DNA from: Eledone cirrhosa
Lineage: Eukaryota
Assembly (NCBI GenBank): GCA_964016885.1
Contig: OZ024742.1
Location: forward strand, 374,356,001-374,420,000
Length of the DNA stretch: 64,000 bases
Reading direction: 5' to 3'
Below the pieces are notes generated by a model, which did not search any database, was not told where the DNA came from, and worked only from the letters and a program-made list of their open reading frames with translations. The position numbers and the translations under genes are program-made. How positions within the stretch are numbered: position 1 is the stretch's first letter; each line of letters begins with the position of its first letter. Positions 15,001 through 28,100 of the stretch are shown piece by piece.

Positions 15001-18000
15001 TGTCTATCTCTCACTCTCTCTTTTACTAGTATTGTCTCTCTCTCACTCTCTCTTTTACCAGTATCGTCTATCTCTTACTCTCTCTTTTACCACTATTGTC
15101 TCTCTCTCACACTCTCTTTTACCAATATTGTCTCTCGCTCACTCTCTCTTTCACCAGTATTGTCTCTCTCTCACTCTCTATCTTTTACCAGTATTTCTCT
15201 CTCTCACACTCTCTCTTTTACTAGTATTGTCTATCTCTCACTCTCTCTTTTACCAGTATTGTATCTCTCTCACTCTCTCTTTTACCAGTATCGTCTATCT
15301 CTTACTCTCTCTTTTACCACTATTGTCTCTCTCATTCTCTCTCTTTTACCAGTATTGTCTCTCGCTCACTCTCTCTTTCACCAGTATTGTCTCTCTCTCT
15401 CACTCTCTCTCTTTTACCAGTATTGTCTATCTCTCACTCTCTCTTTTACCAGTATTGTCTCTCTCTCACTCTCTCTTTCACCAGTATTGTCTCTCTCTCA
15501 CTCTCTTTTACAAGTATTGTCTCTCTCTCACTCTCTCTTTTACCAGTATTGTCTATCTATCTCTCTCTCTTTTACCATTATTGTCTATCTCTCACTCTTT
15601 CTATTACCTATATTGTCTCTCTCTCACTCTCTCTTTTACCAGTATTGTCTCTCTCTCACTCTCTCTTTTACCGGTATTGTCTCTCTCTCACTCTCTCTTT
15701 TACCAGTATTGTCTCACTCTCACTCTCTCTTTTACCAGTATCATCTATCTCTCACTGTCTTTTTAAAACTATTACCTCTCTCTCACTCTCTCTTTTACCA
15801 GTATTGTCTCTCTATCACTCTCTCTCTTTTACTAGTATTGTCTCTCTCTCACTCTCTATCTTTTACCAGTATTGTCTCTCTCTCACTCTTTCTTTTACCA
15901 GTATTGTCTCTCTCTCACTCTCTCTTTTACCAGTATTGTCTATCTCTCACTGTCTCTTTTACCAGTATTGTCTCTCTCTCACATTCTCTTTTACCAGTAT
16001 TGGCTCTCTCTCACTCTCTCTTTTACCAGTTTGTCTCTCTCTCACTCTTTCTGTTTTACCAGTATTGTCTATCTCTCACTCTCTCTTTTACCAGTATTGT
16101 CTCTCTCTCACTCTCCCTTTTACCAGTATTGTCTCTCTCTCACTCTCTCTCTCTTTTACCAGAATTGTCTCTCTCTCACTGTCTCTTTTACCAGTATTGT
16201 CTCTCTCTCACTCTCTCTTTTACCAGTATTGTCTCTCTCTCACTCTCTCTTTTACCAGTATTGTCTCTCTCTCACTCTCTCCTTTACCAGTATTGTCTCT
16301 CTCTCACTCCCTCTCTTTTACCAGTATTGTCTATCTCTATCTCTCTCTTTTACCAGTATTGTCTCTCTCTCACTCTCTCTCTGTTACCAGTATTGTCTCT
16401 CTCTCACTTTCTCTTTTACCAGTATTGTCTCTCTCTCATTCTCTCTTTTACCATTATTGTCTCTCTCTCACTCTCTCCTTTACCAGTATTATATCCCTCT
16501 CAATCTCTCCTTTACCAGTATTGTCTCTCTCTCACTCTCTGTTTTACCAGTATTGTCTATCTCTCACTCTCTCTTTTACCAGTATTGTCTCTCTCTCACT
16601 CTCTCCTTTACCAGTATTGTCTCTCTCTCACTCTCTCTCTTTTACCAGTATTGTCTCTATCCCTCACTCTCTCTCTTTTACCAGTATTGTCTATCTCTCA
16701 CTCTCTCTTTCACCAGTATTGTCTCTCTCTCACTCTCTCTCTTTTACCAGTATTGTCTATCTCTCACTCTCTCTCTTTTACCAGTATTGTCTATCTCTCA
16801 CTCTCTCTCTTTTACCACTATTATCTCTCTCTCACTCTCTCTGTTTTACCAGTATTGTATAACTGTCTCTCTCTTTTACCAGTATTCTCTCTCTCTCACT
16901 CTCTCTCTTCTACCAGTATTGTCTCTTTCTCACTCTCTCTTTTACCTGTATTGTCTCTCTCTCACTCTCTCTTTTACCAGTATTGTCTCTCTCTCACTCT
17001 CTCTTTTACCTGTATTGTTTCTCTCTCACTCTCTCTTTTACCAGTATTGTCTCTCTCTCACTCTCTCTTTTACCAGTATTGTCTCTCTCTCACTCTCTAT
17101 TTTACCAGTATTGTCTATCTCTCACGCTCTCTTTTCCCAGTATTGTCTCTCTCTCACTCTCTCTTTTACCTGTATCGTCTATCTCTCACTCTCTCTTTTA
17201 TCACTATTGACTCTCCCTCACTCTCTCTTTTACCAGTATTGTCTCACTCTCAATCTCTCTCTTTTACCTGTATTGTCTCTCTCTCACTATCTTTTACCAG
17301 TATTGTCTCTCTCTCACTCTCTCTTTCACCAGTATTGTCTCTCTCTCACTCTCTCTCTTTTACCAGTATTGTCTATCTCTCACTCTCTCTTTTACCAGTC
17401 TTGTCTCTCTCTCACTCTCTCTTTTACCAGTATTGTCTATCTCTCACTCTCTCTTTTACCAGTATTGTCTCTCGCTCACTCTCTCTTTCACCAGTATTGT
17501 CTCTCTCTCACTCTCTCTCTTTTAACAGTATTGTCTATCTCTCACTCTCTTTTACCAGTATTGTCTCTCTCTCACTCTCTCTTTTACCAGTATTGTCTCT
17601 CTCTCACTCTCTCTCTTTTACCAGTATTGTCTCTCTCTCAGTCTCTCCTTTACCAGCATTGTCTCTCTGTCACTCTGTGGCTTTTATCAGTATTGTCTCT
17701 CTCTCACTCTCTCTCTTTTACCAGTATTGTCTCTCTCTCTCACTCTCTATCTTTTACCAGTATTGTCTATCTCTATCTCTCTCTATTACCAGTATTGTCT
17801 CTCTCTCACTCTCTCTCTTTTACCAGTATTGTCTCTCTCTCACTCTCTCTTTTGCCAGTATTGTCCCTCTCTGACTCTCTCTTTTACCAGTATTGTCTCT
17901 CTCTCACTCTCTCTGTTTTACCAGTATTGTATGTCTGTCTCTCTCTTTTACCAATATTGTCTCTCTCTCACTCTCTCTCTTCTACCAGTATTGTCTCTTT

Positions 18001-18345
18001 CTCACTCTCTGTTTTACCTGTATTGTCTCTCTCTCACTCTCTCTTTTACCAGTATTGTCTCTCTCTCACTTTCTCTTTTACCAGTATTGTCTCTCTCTCA
18101 CTCTCTATTTTAACAGTATTGTCTATCTCTCACTCTCTCTTTTACCAGTATTGTCTCTCTCTCACTCTCACTTTTACCAGCATTGTCTCTCTCTCACTCT
18201 CTCTTTTACCAGTATCGTCTGTCTCTCACTCTCTCTTTTATCACTATTGTCTCTCCCTCACTCTCTCTTTTACCAGTATTGTCTCACTCTCACTCCCTCT
18301 CTTTTAACAGTATTGTCTCTCTCTCACTCTCTCTTTTACCAGTAT

Positions 18346-18377
<32 letters not shown>

Positions 18378-19374
18378 GTATTGTCTCTCTCTCACTCTCT
18401 CTTTTACCAGTATTGTCTATCTATCTCTCTCTCTTTTACCAGTATTGTCTATCTCTCACTCTCTGTTTTACCTGTATTGTCTCTCTCTCACTCTCTCTTT
18501 TACCAGTATCGTCTATCTCTCACTCTCTCTTTTAACCACTATTGTCTCTCTCTCACTCTCTCTTTTACCAGTATTGTCTCTCTCTCTCTCTCTTTTACCA
18601 GTATTGTCTCTCTCACTCTATCTTTTACCAGTATTGTCTCTCTCTCACTCTCTCTCTTCTACCAGTATTGTCTCTCTCGCTCTCGCTCTTTTACCAGTAT
18701 TGTCTCTCTCACACTCTCTCTTTCACCAGTATTGTCTCTCTCTCACTCTCTCTTTCACCAGTATTGTCTCTCTCTCACTCTCTTTTACCAGTATTGTCTC
18801 TCTCACTCTTTCTCTTTTACCTGTATTGTCTCTCTCTCACTCTCTCTCTTTTACCAGTATTTCTCTCTCTCACACTCTCTCTTTTACTAGTATTGTCTCT
18901 CTCTCACTCTCTCTCTTTTACCAGTATTGTCTCTATCCCTCACTCTCTCACTTTTACCAGTATTGTCTATCTCTCACTCTCTCTTTCACCAGTATTGTCT
19001 CTCTCTCTCACTCTCTCTCTTTTACCAGTATTGTCTATCTCTCACTCTCTCTCTTTTACCAGTATTGTCTATCTCTCACTCTCTCTCTTTTACCAGTATT
19101 GTCTCTCTCTCACTCTCTCTGTTTTACCAGTATTGTATATCTGTCTCTCTCTTTTGCCAGTATTATCTCTCTCTCACTCTCTCTCTTCTACCAGTATTGT
19201 CTCTTTCTCACTCTCTCTTTTACCTGTATTGTCTCTCTCTCACTCTCTCTTTTACCAGTATTGTCTCTCTCTCACTCTCTCTTTTACCTGTATTGTCTCT
19301 CTCTCACTCTCTCTTTTACAAGTATTGTCTCTCTCTCAGTCTCTCTTTATCAGTATTGTCTATCTCTCTCTCTT

Positions 19375-22300
19375 TTACCAGTATTGTCTCTCTCTCACTC
19401 TCTCTTTTACCAGTATTGTCTATCTATCTCTCTCTCTTTTACCAGTATTGTCTCTCTCTCACTCTCTCTTTTCCCACTATTGTCTCTCTCTCTCACTCTC
19501 TCTTTTACCAGTATTGTCTCACTCTCACTCTCTCATTTACCAGTATCGTCTATCTCTCACTGTCTCTTTTAACATTATTATCTCTCTCTCACACTCTCTT
19601 TTACCAGTATTGTCTCTCTCACTCTCTCTCTTTTACTAGTATTGTCTCTCTCTCACTCTCTCTCTTTTACCAGTATTGTCTCTCTCTCACTCTTTCTTTT
19701 ACCAGTATTGTCTCTCTCTCACTCTCTCTTTTACCAGTATTGTCTATCTCTAACTCTCTCTTTTACCAGTATTGTCTCTCTCTCACTCTCTCTTTTACCA
19801 GTATTGTCCCTCTCTCACTCTCTCTCTTTTTCCAGTATTTTCTCTCTCTCACTCTTTCTGTTTTACGAGTATTGTCTATCTCTCACTCTCTCTTTTACCA
19901 GTATTGTCTCTCTCTCACTCTCTCTTTTACCAGTATTGTCTCTCTCTCACTCTCTCTTTTACCAGTATTGTCTCTCTCTCACTCTCTCTCTTTTACCAGT
20001 ATTGTCTCTCTCTCACTCTCTCTTTTACAAGTATTGTCTCTCTCTCACTCTCTCTTTTACCAGTATTTCCTCTCTCTCACTCTCTCCTTTAACAGTATTG
20101 TCTCTCTCTCACTCCCTCTCTTTTACCAGTATTGTCTAACTCTATCTCTCTCTTTTACCAGTATTGTCTCTCTCTCACTCTCTCTTTTACCAGTATTGTC
20201 TATCTCTCACTCTCTCTTTTACCAGTATTGTCTATCTCTCACTCTCTCTTTTACCACTATTGTCTCTCTCTCACTCTCTCTCTTTTACCAGTATTGTCTC
20301 TCTCTCACTCTTTCTGTTTTACCAGTATTGTCTCTCTCTCACTCTCTCTTTTACCAGTATTGTCTCTCTCTCACTCTCTCTCTTTTACCAGTATTGTCTC
20401 TCTCTCACTCTCTCTTTTACCAATACTGTCTCTCTCCCACTCTCTCTTTTACCAGTATTGTCTCTCTCTCACTCTCTCTATTTTACCAGTATTGTCCCTC
20501 TCTCACTCTCTCTTTTACCAGTATTGTCTCTCTCTCACTCTCTCTCTTTTACCAGTATTGTCTCTCTCTCACTCTATCTTTTACCAGTATTGTCTCTCGC
20601 TCACTCTCTCTTTCACCAGTATTGTCTCTCTCTCATTCTCTCTCTTTTAACAGTATTGTCTATCTCTCACTCTCTTTTACCAGTAGTGTCTCTCTCTCTC
20701 ACTCTCTCTTTTACCAATATTGTCTCTCTCTCTCACTCTCTCTCTTTTACCAGTATTGTCTCTCTCTCACTCTTTCTGTTTTATCAGTATTGTCTCTCTC
20801 TCACTCTCTCCTTTACCAGTATTGTCTCTCTCTCACTCTCTCTCTTTTACCAGTATTGTCTATCTCTATCTCTCTCTTTTACCAGTATTGTCTCTCTCTC
20901 ACTCTCTCTCTTTTACCAGTATTATCTCCCTCTCACACTCTCCTTTACCAGTATTGTCTATCTCTCACTATCTCTTTCACCAGTATTGTCTCTCTCTCTC
21001 ACTTTTTCTCTTTTACCAGTATTGTCTATCTCTCACTCTCTCATTTACCAGTATTGTCTCTCACCCACTCTCTCTCTTTTACCAGTATTGTCTCTCTCTC
21101 TCACTCTATCTCTATTACCAGTAATTTCTCTCTCTCACTCTCTCTTTCACCAGTATTGACTCTCTCTCACTCTTTTTTTACCAGTATTGTCTCTCACTCA
21201 CTCTCTCTTTTACGAGTATTGTCTATCTCTCTCTCTCTCTTTTACCAGTATTGTCTCTCTCTCACTCTCTCTTTTACCAGTATTGTCTATCTATCTCTCT
21301 CTCTTTTACCAGTATTGTCTATCTCTCACTCTCTCTTTTACCTGTATTGTCTCTCTCTCACTCTCTCTTTTACCAGAATTGTCTCTCTCTCACTCTCTCT
21401 TTTACCAGTATTGTCTCTCTCTCACTCTCTCTTTTACCAGTATTGTCTATCTCTCACTCACTCTTTTCCCACTATTGTCTCTTTCTCACTCTCTCTTTTA
21501 CCAGTATTGTCTCACTCTCACTCTCTCTTTTACCAGTATCGTCTATCTCTCACTCTCTCTTTTACCACTATTGTCTCTCTCTCACTCCCTCTTTTACCAG
21601 TATTGTCTATCTATCTCTCTCTCTTTTACCAGTATTGTCTCTCTCTCACTCTCTCTTTTACCAGTATTGTCTACCTATCTCTCTCTCTTTTACCAGTATT
21701 GTCTCTCTCTCACTCTCTCTTTTCCCACTATTGTCTCTCTCTCTCACTCTCTCTTTTACCAGTATTGTCTCACTCTCACTCTCTCATTTACCAGTATCGT
21801 CTATCTCTCACTGTCTCTTTTAACATTATTATCTCTCTCTCACACTCTCTTTTACCAGTATTGTCTCTCTCACTCTCTCTCTTTTACTAGTATTGTCTCT
21901 CTCTCACTCTCTCTCTTTTACCAGTATTGTCTCTCTCTCACTCTTTCTTTTACCAGTATTGTCTCTCTCTCACTCTCTCTTTTACCAGTATTGTCTATCT
22001 CTAACTCTCTCTTTTACCAGTATTGTCTCTCTCTCACTCTCTCTTTTACCAGTATTGTCCCTCTCTCACTCTCTCTCTTTTACCAGTATTTTCTCTCTCT
22101 CACTCTTTCTGTTTTACGAGTATTGTCTATCTCTCACTCTCTCTTTTACCAGTATTGTCTCTCTCTCACTCTCTCTTTTACCAGTATTGTCTCTCTCTCA
22201 CTCTCTCTTTTACCAGTATTGTCTCTCTCTCACTCTCTCTCTTTTACCAGTATTGTCTCTCTCTCACTCTCTCTTTTACAAGTATTGTCTCTCTCTCACT

Positions 22301-23840
22301 CTCTCTTTTACCAGTATTTCCTCTCTCTCACTCTCTCCTTTAACAGTATTGTCTCTCTCTCACTCCCTCTCTTTTACCAGTATTGTCTAACTCTATCTCT
22401 CTCTTTTACCAGTATTGTCTCTCTCTCACTCTCTCTTTTACCAGTATTGTCTATCTCTCACTCTCTCTTTTACCAGTATTGTCTATCTCTCACTCTCTCT
22501 TTTACCACTATTGTCTCTCTCTCACTCTCTCTCTTTTACCAGTATTGTCTCTCTCTCACTCTTTCTGTTTTACCAGTATTGTCTCTCTCTCACTCTCTCT
22601 TTTACCAGTATTGTCTCTCTCTCACTCTCTCTCTTTTACCAGTATTGTCTCTCTCTCACTCTCTCTTTTACCAATACTGTCTCTCTCCCACTCTCTCTTT
22701 TACCAGTATTGTCTCTCTCTCACTCTCTCTATTTTACCAGTATTGTCCCTCTCTCACTCTCTCTTTTACCAGTATTGTCTCTCTCTCACTCTCTCTCTTT
22801 TACCAGTATTGTCTCTCTCTCACTCTATCTTTTACCAGTATTGTCTCTCGCTCACTCTCTCTTTCACCAGTATTGTCTCTCTCTCATTCTCTCTCTTTTA
22901 ACAGTATTGTCTATCTCTCACTCTCTTTTACCAGTAGTGTCTCTCTCTCTCACTCTCTCTTTTACCAATATTGTCTCTCTCTCTCACTCTCTCTCTTTTA
23001 CCAGTATTGTCTCTCTCTCACTCTTTCTGTTTTATCAGTATTGTCTCTCTCTCACTCTCTCCTTTACCAGTATTGTCTCTCTCTCACTCCCTATCTTTTA
23101 CCAGTATTGTCTATCTCTATCTCTCTCTTTTACCAGTATTGTCTCTCTCTCACTCTCTCTCTTTTACCAGTATTATCTCCCTCTCACACTCTCCTTTACC
23201 AGTATTGTCTCTCTCTCACTCTCTCTTTCACCAGTATTGTCTCTCTCTCTCACTTTTTCTCTTTTACCAGTATTGTCTATCTCTCACTCTCTCATTTACC
23301 AGTATTGTCTCTCACCCACTCTCTCTCTTTTACCAGTATTGTCTCTCTCTCTCACTCTATCTCTATTACCAGTAATTTCTCTCTCTCACTCTCTCTTTCA
23401 CCAGTATTGACTCTCTCTCACTCTTTTTTTACCAGTATTGTCTCTCACTCACTCTCTCTTTTACGAGTATTGTCTATCTCTCTCTCTCTCTTTTACCAGT
23501 ATTGTCTCTCTCTCACTCTCTCTTTTACCAGTATTGTCTATCTATCTCTCTCTCTTTTACCAGTATTGTCTATCTCTCACTCTCTCTTTTACCTGTATTG
23601 TCTCTCTCTCACTCTCTCTTTTACCAGAATTGTCTCTCTCTCACTCTCTCTTTTACCAGTATTGTCTCTCTCTCACTCTCTCTTTTACCAGTATTGTCTA
23701 TCTCTCACTCACTCTTTTCCCACTATTGTCTCTTTCTCACTCTCTCTTTTACCAGTATTGTCTCACTCTCACTCTCTCTTTTACCAGTACCGTCTATCTC
23801 TCACTCTCTCTTTTACCACTATTGTCTCTCTCTCACTCTC
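19375..23840. repeat. Higher-order tandem duplication in SatA, period 2251 bp (2 copies)
   Basis: Near-identical translated ORFs recur at a constant 2251 offset (19642/21893, 19772/22023, 20132/22383, 20164/22415, 20720/22971, 21187/23438). Rare variants such as TTACGAG are shared. Boundaries approximate. Confidence 0.92.
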
Positions 23841-25149
23841 TCTTTTACCAGTATTGTCTCTCTCTCACTCTCTCTCTTTTACCAGTATTGTCTCTCGCTC
23901 ACTCTCTCTTTCACCAGTATTGTCTATCTCTCACTCTTTCTTTTACCAGTATCGTCTATCTCTCACTGACTCTTTTACCACTATTATCTCTCTCTCACTC
24001 TCTCTTTTACCAGTATTGTCTCTCTCTCACTATCCCTCTTTTACTAGTATTGTCTCTCTCTCACTCTCTCACTTTTACCAGTATTGTCTCTATCTCACTC
24101 TCTCTTTTACCAGTATTATATATCTCTCAATCTCTCCTTTACCAGTATTTTCTCTCTCTCACTCTCTCTTTTACCTGTATTGTCTATCTCTCACTCTCTC
24201 TTTTACCAGTATTGTCTATCTCTCACTCTCTCTCTTTTACCAGTATTGTCTATCTCTCACTCTCTCCTTTACCAGTATTGTCTCTCTGTCACTCTCTCTC
24301 TTTTACCAGTATTGTCTCTATCCCTCACTTTCTCTCTTTTACCAGTATTGTCTGTCTCTCACTCTCTCTCTTTTACCAGTATTGTCTCTCTCTCACTCTC
24401 TCTCTTCTACCAGTATTGTCTCTTTCTCACTCTCTCTCTTACCTGTATTGTCTCTCACTCACTCTCTCTTTTACCAGTATTGTCTCTCTCTCACTCTCTC
24501 TTTTACTTGTATTGTCTCTCTCTCACTCTCTCTTTTACCAGTATTGTCTCTCTCTCTCTTTTACCAGTATTGTCTCTCTCTCACGCTCTATGTTACCAGT
24601 ATTGTCTATCTCTCACGCTCTTTTACCAGTATTGTCTCTCTCTCACTCTCTCTTTCACCAGTATTGTCTCTCTCTCACTCTCTCTCTTTTACCAGTATTG
24701 TCTATCTCTCACTCTCTTTTACCAGTAATGTCTCTCTCTCACTCTCTCTTTTACCAGTATTGTCTCTCTCTCTCACTCTCTTTCTTTTACCAGTATTGTC
24801 TCTCTCTCACTCTTTCTGTTTTATCAGTATTGTCTATCTCTCACTCTCTTTTACCAGTATTGTCTCTCTCTCACTCTCTCTTTTACCAGTATTGTCTCTC
24901 TCTCACTCTCTTCTTTACCAGTATTGTCTCTCTCTCACTCCCTATCTTTTACCAGTATTGTCAATCTCTATCTCTCTCCTTTACCAGTATTGTCTCTCTC
25001 TCACTCTCTCTCTTTTACCAGTATTGTCTCTCTCTCTCCCTCTCTCTTTTACCAGTATTGTCTCTCTCTCATTCTCTCTTTTACCAGTATTGTCTCTCTC
25101 TCACTCTCACCTTTACCAGTATTATCTCCCAATCACACTCTCCTTTACC

Positions 25150-28100
25150 AGTATTGTCTCTCTCTCACTCTCTCTTTTACCAGTATTGTCTATCTCTCAC
25201 TCTCTCATTTACCAGTATTGTCTCTCCCTCACTCTCTCTCTTTTACCAGTATTGTCTCTCTCTCTCACTCTATCTCTTTTACCAGTAATTTCTCTCTCTC
25301 ACTCTCTCTTTCACCAGTATTGTCTCTCTCTCACTCTTTTTTTACCAGTATTGTCTCTCACTCACTCTCTCTTTTACCAGTATTGTCTATCTCTCTCTCT
25401 CTCTTTTACCAGTATTGTCTCTCTCTCACTCTCTCTTTTACCAGAATTGTCTCTCTCTCACTCTCTCTTTTACCAGTGTTGTCTATCTCTCACTCACTCT
25501 TTTCCCACTATTGTCTCTCTCTCACTCTCTCTTTTACCAGTATTGTCTCACTCTCACTCTCTCTTTTACCAGTATCGTCTATCTCTCACTGTCTCTTTTA
25601 CCACTATTATCTCTCTCTCACTCTCTCTTTTACCAGTATTGTCTCTCTCTCACTCTCTCTCTTTTACTAGTATTGTCTCTCTCTCACTCTCTCTATTTTA
25701 CCAGTATTGTCTCTCTCTCACTATTTCTTTTACCAGAATTGTCTCTCTCTCACTCTCTCTTTTACCAGTATTGTCTATCTCTCACTCTCTCTTTTACCAG
25801 TATTGTCTCTCTCACACTCTTTCTGTTTTACCAGTATTGTCTATCTCTCACTCTCTCTTTTACCTGTATTGTCTCTCTCTCACTCTCTCTTTTACCAGTA
25901 TTGTCTATCTCTCACTCTCTCTTTTACCAGTATTGTCTCTCTGTCACTCTCTCTCTTTTACCAGTATTGTCTATCTCTCACTCTCTCTCTTTTACCAGTA
26001 TTGTCTATCTCTCACTCTCTCTCTTTTACCAGTATTGTCTCTCTCTCACTCTCTCTCTTCTACCAGTATTGTCTCTTTATCACTCTCTCTCTTACCTGTA
26101 TTGTCTCTCTCTCACTCTCTCTTTTACCAGTATTGTCTATCTCTCTCTCTCTTTTTTACCAGTATTGTCTCTCTATCACTCTCTCTTTTACCAGTATTGT
26201 CTATCTATCTCTCTCTCTTTTACCAGTATTGTCTATCTCTCACTCTCTCTTTTACCTGTATTGTCTCTCTCTCACTCTCTCTTTTACCAGAATTGTCTCT
26301 CTCTCACTCTCTCTTTTACCAGTATTGTCTCTCTCTGACTCTCTCTTTTACCAGTATTGTATATCTCTCACTCACTCTTTTCCCACTATTGTCTCTCTCT
26401 CACTCTTTCTTTTACCAGTATTGTCTCACTCTCACTCTCTCTTTTACCAGTATCGTCTATCTCTCACTGTCTCTTTTACCACTATTATCTCTCTCTCTCT
26501 CTCTCTTTTACCAGTATTGTCTCTCTCTCACTCTCTCTCTTTTACTAGTATTGTCTCTCTCTCACTCTCTCTACTTTACCAGTATTGTCTCTCTCTCACT
26601 CTCTCTTTTACCAGAATTGTCTCTCTCTCACTCTCTCTTTTACCAGTATCGTCTATGTCTCACTCTCTCTTTTACCACTATTGTCTCTCTCTCACTCTCT
26701 CTTTTACCAGTATTGTCTCTCTCTCACTCTCTCTCTTTTACCAGTATTGTCTCTCGCTCACTCTCTCTTTCACCAGTATTGTCTCACTCTCACTCTTTCT
26801 TTTACCAGTATCGTCTATCTCTCACTGACTCTTTTACCACTATTATCTCTGTCTCACTCTCTCTTTTACCAGTATTGTCTCTCTCTCACTATCCCTCTTT
26901 TACTAGTATTGTCTCTCTCTCACTCTCTCTCTTTTACCAGTATTGTCTCTATCTCACTCTCTCTTTTACCAGTATTATATCTCTCTCAATCTCTCCTTTA
27001 CCAGTATTTTCTCTCTCTCACTCTCTCTTTTACCTGTATTGTCTATCTCTCACTCTCGCTTTTACCAGTATTGTCTCTCTCTCACTCTCTCTCTTTTACC
27101 AGTATTGTCTATCTCTCACTCTCTCCTTTACCAGTATTGTCTCTCTGTCACTCTCTCTCTTTTACCAGTATTGTCTCTTTCTCACTCTCTCTCTTACCTG
27201 TATTGTCTCTCTCTCACTCTCTCTTTTACCAGTATTGTCTCTCTCTCACTCTCTCTTTTACCAGTATTGTCTCTCTCTCACTCCCTCCTTTACCAGTATT
27301 GTCTCTCTCTCACTCCCTATCTTTTACCAGTATTGTCTATCTCTATCTCTCTCTTTTACCAGTATTGTCTCTCTCTCACTCTCTCTCTTTTACCACTATT
27401 GTCTCTCTCTCTCCCTCTCTCTTTTACCAGTATTGTCTCTCTCTCATTCTCTCTTTTACCAGTATTGTCTCTCTCTCACTCTCACCTTTACTAGTATTAT
27501 CTCCCTCTCACACTCTCTTTTACCAGTATTGTGTCTCTCTCACACTCTGTTACCAGTATTGTCTCTCTCTCACTCTCTCTTTCACCAGTATTGTCTCTCT
27601 CTCACTCTCTCTCTTTTACCAGTATTGTCTATCTCTCACGCTCTTTTACCAGTATTGTCTCTCTCTCACTCTCTCTCTTTTACCAGTATTGTCTCTCTCT
27701 CACTCTCTCTTTCACCAGTATTGTCTCTCACTCTCTCTCTTTTACCAGTATTGTCTATCTCTGACGCTCTTTTACCAGTATTGTCTCTCTCTCTCACCCT
27801 CTCTTTTTTACCAGTATTGTCTATCTCTCACTCTCTTTTACCAGTAATGTCTCTCTCTCACTCTCTCTTTCACCAGTATTGTCTCTCTCTCCTACTTTTT
27901 CTATTTTACCAGTATTGTCTATCTCTCACTCTCTCATTTACCAGTATTGTCTCTCCCTCACTCTCTCTCTTTTACCAGTATTGTCTCTCTCTCTCACTCT
28001 ATCTCTTTTACCAGTAATTTCTCTCTCTCACTCTCTCTTTCACCAGTATTGTCTCTCTCTCAATCTTTTTTTACCAGTATTGTCTCTCACTCACTCTCTC

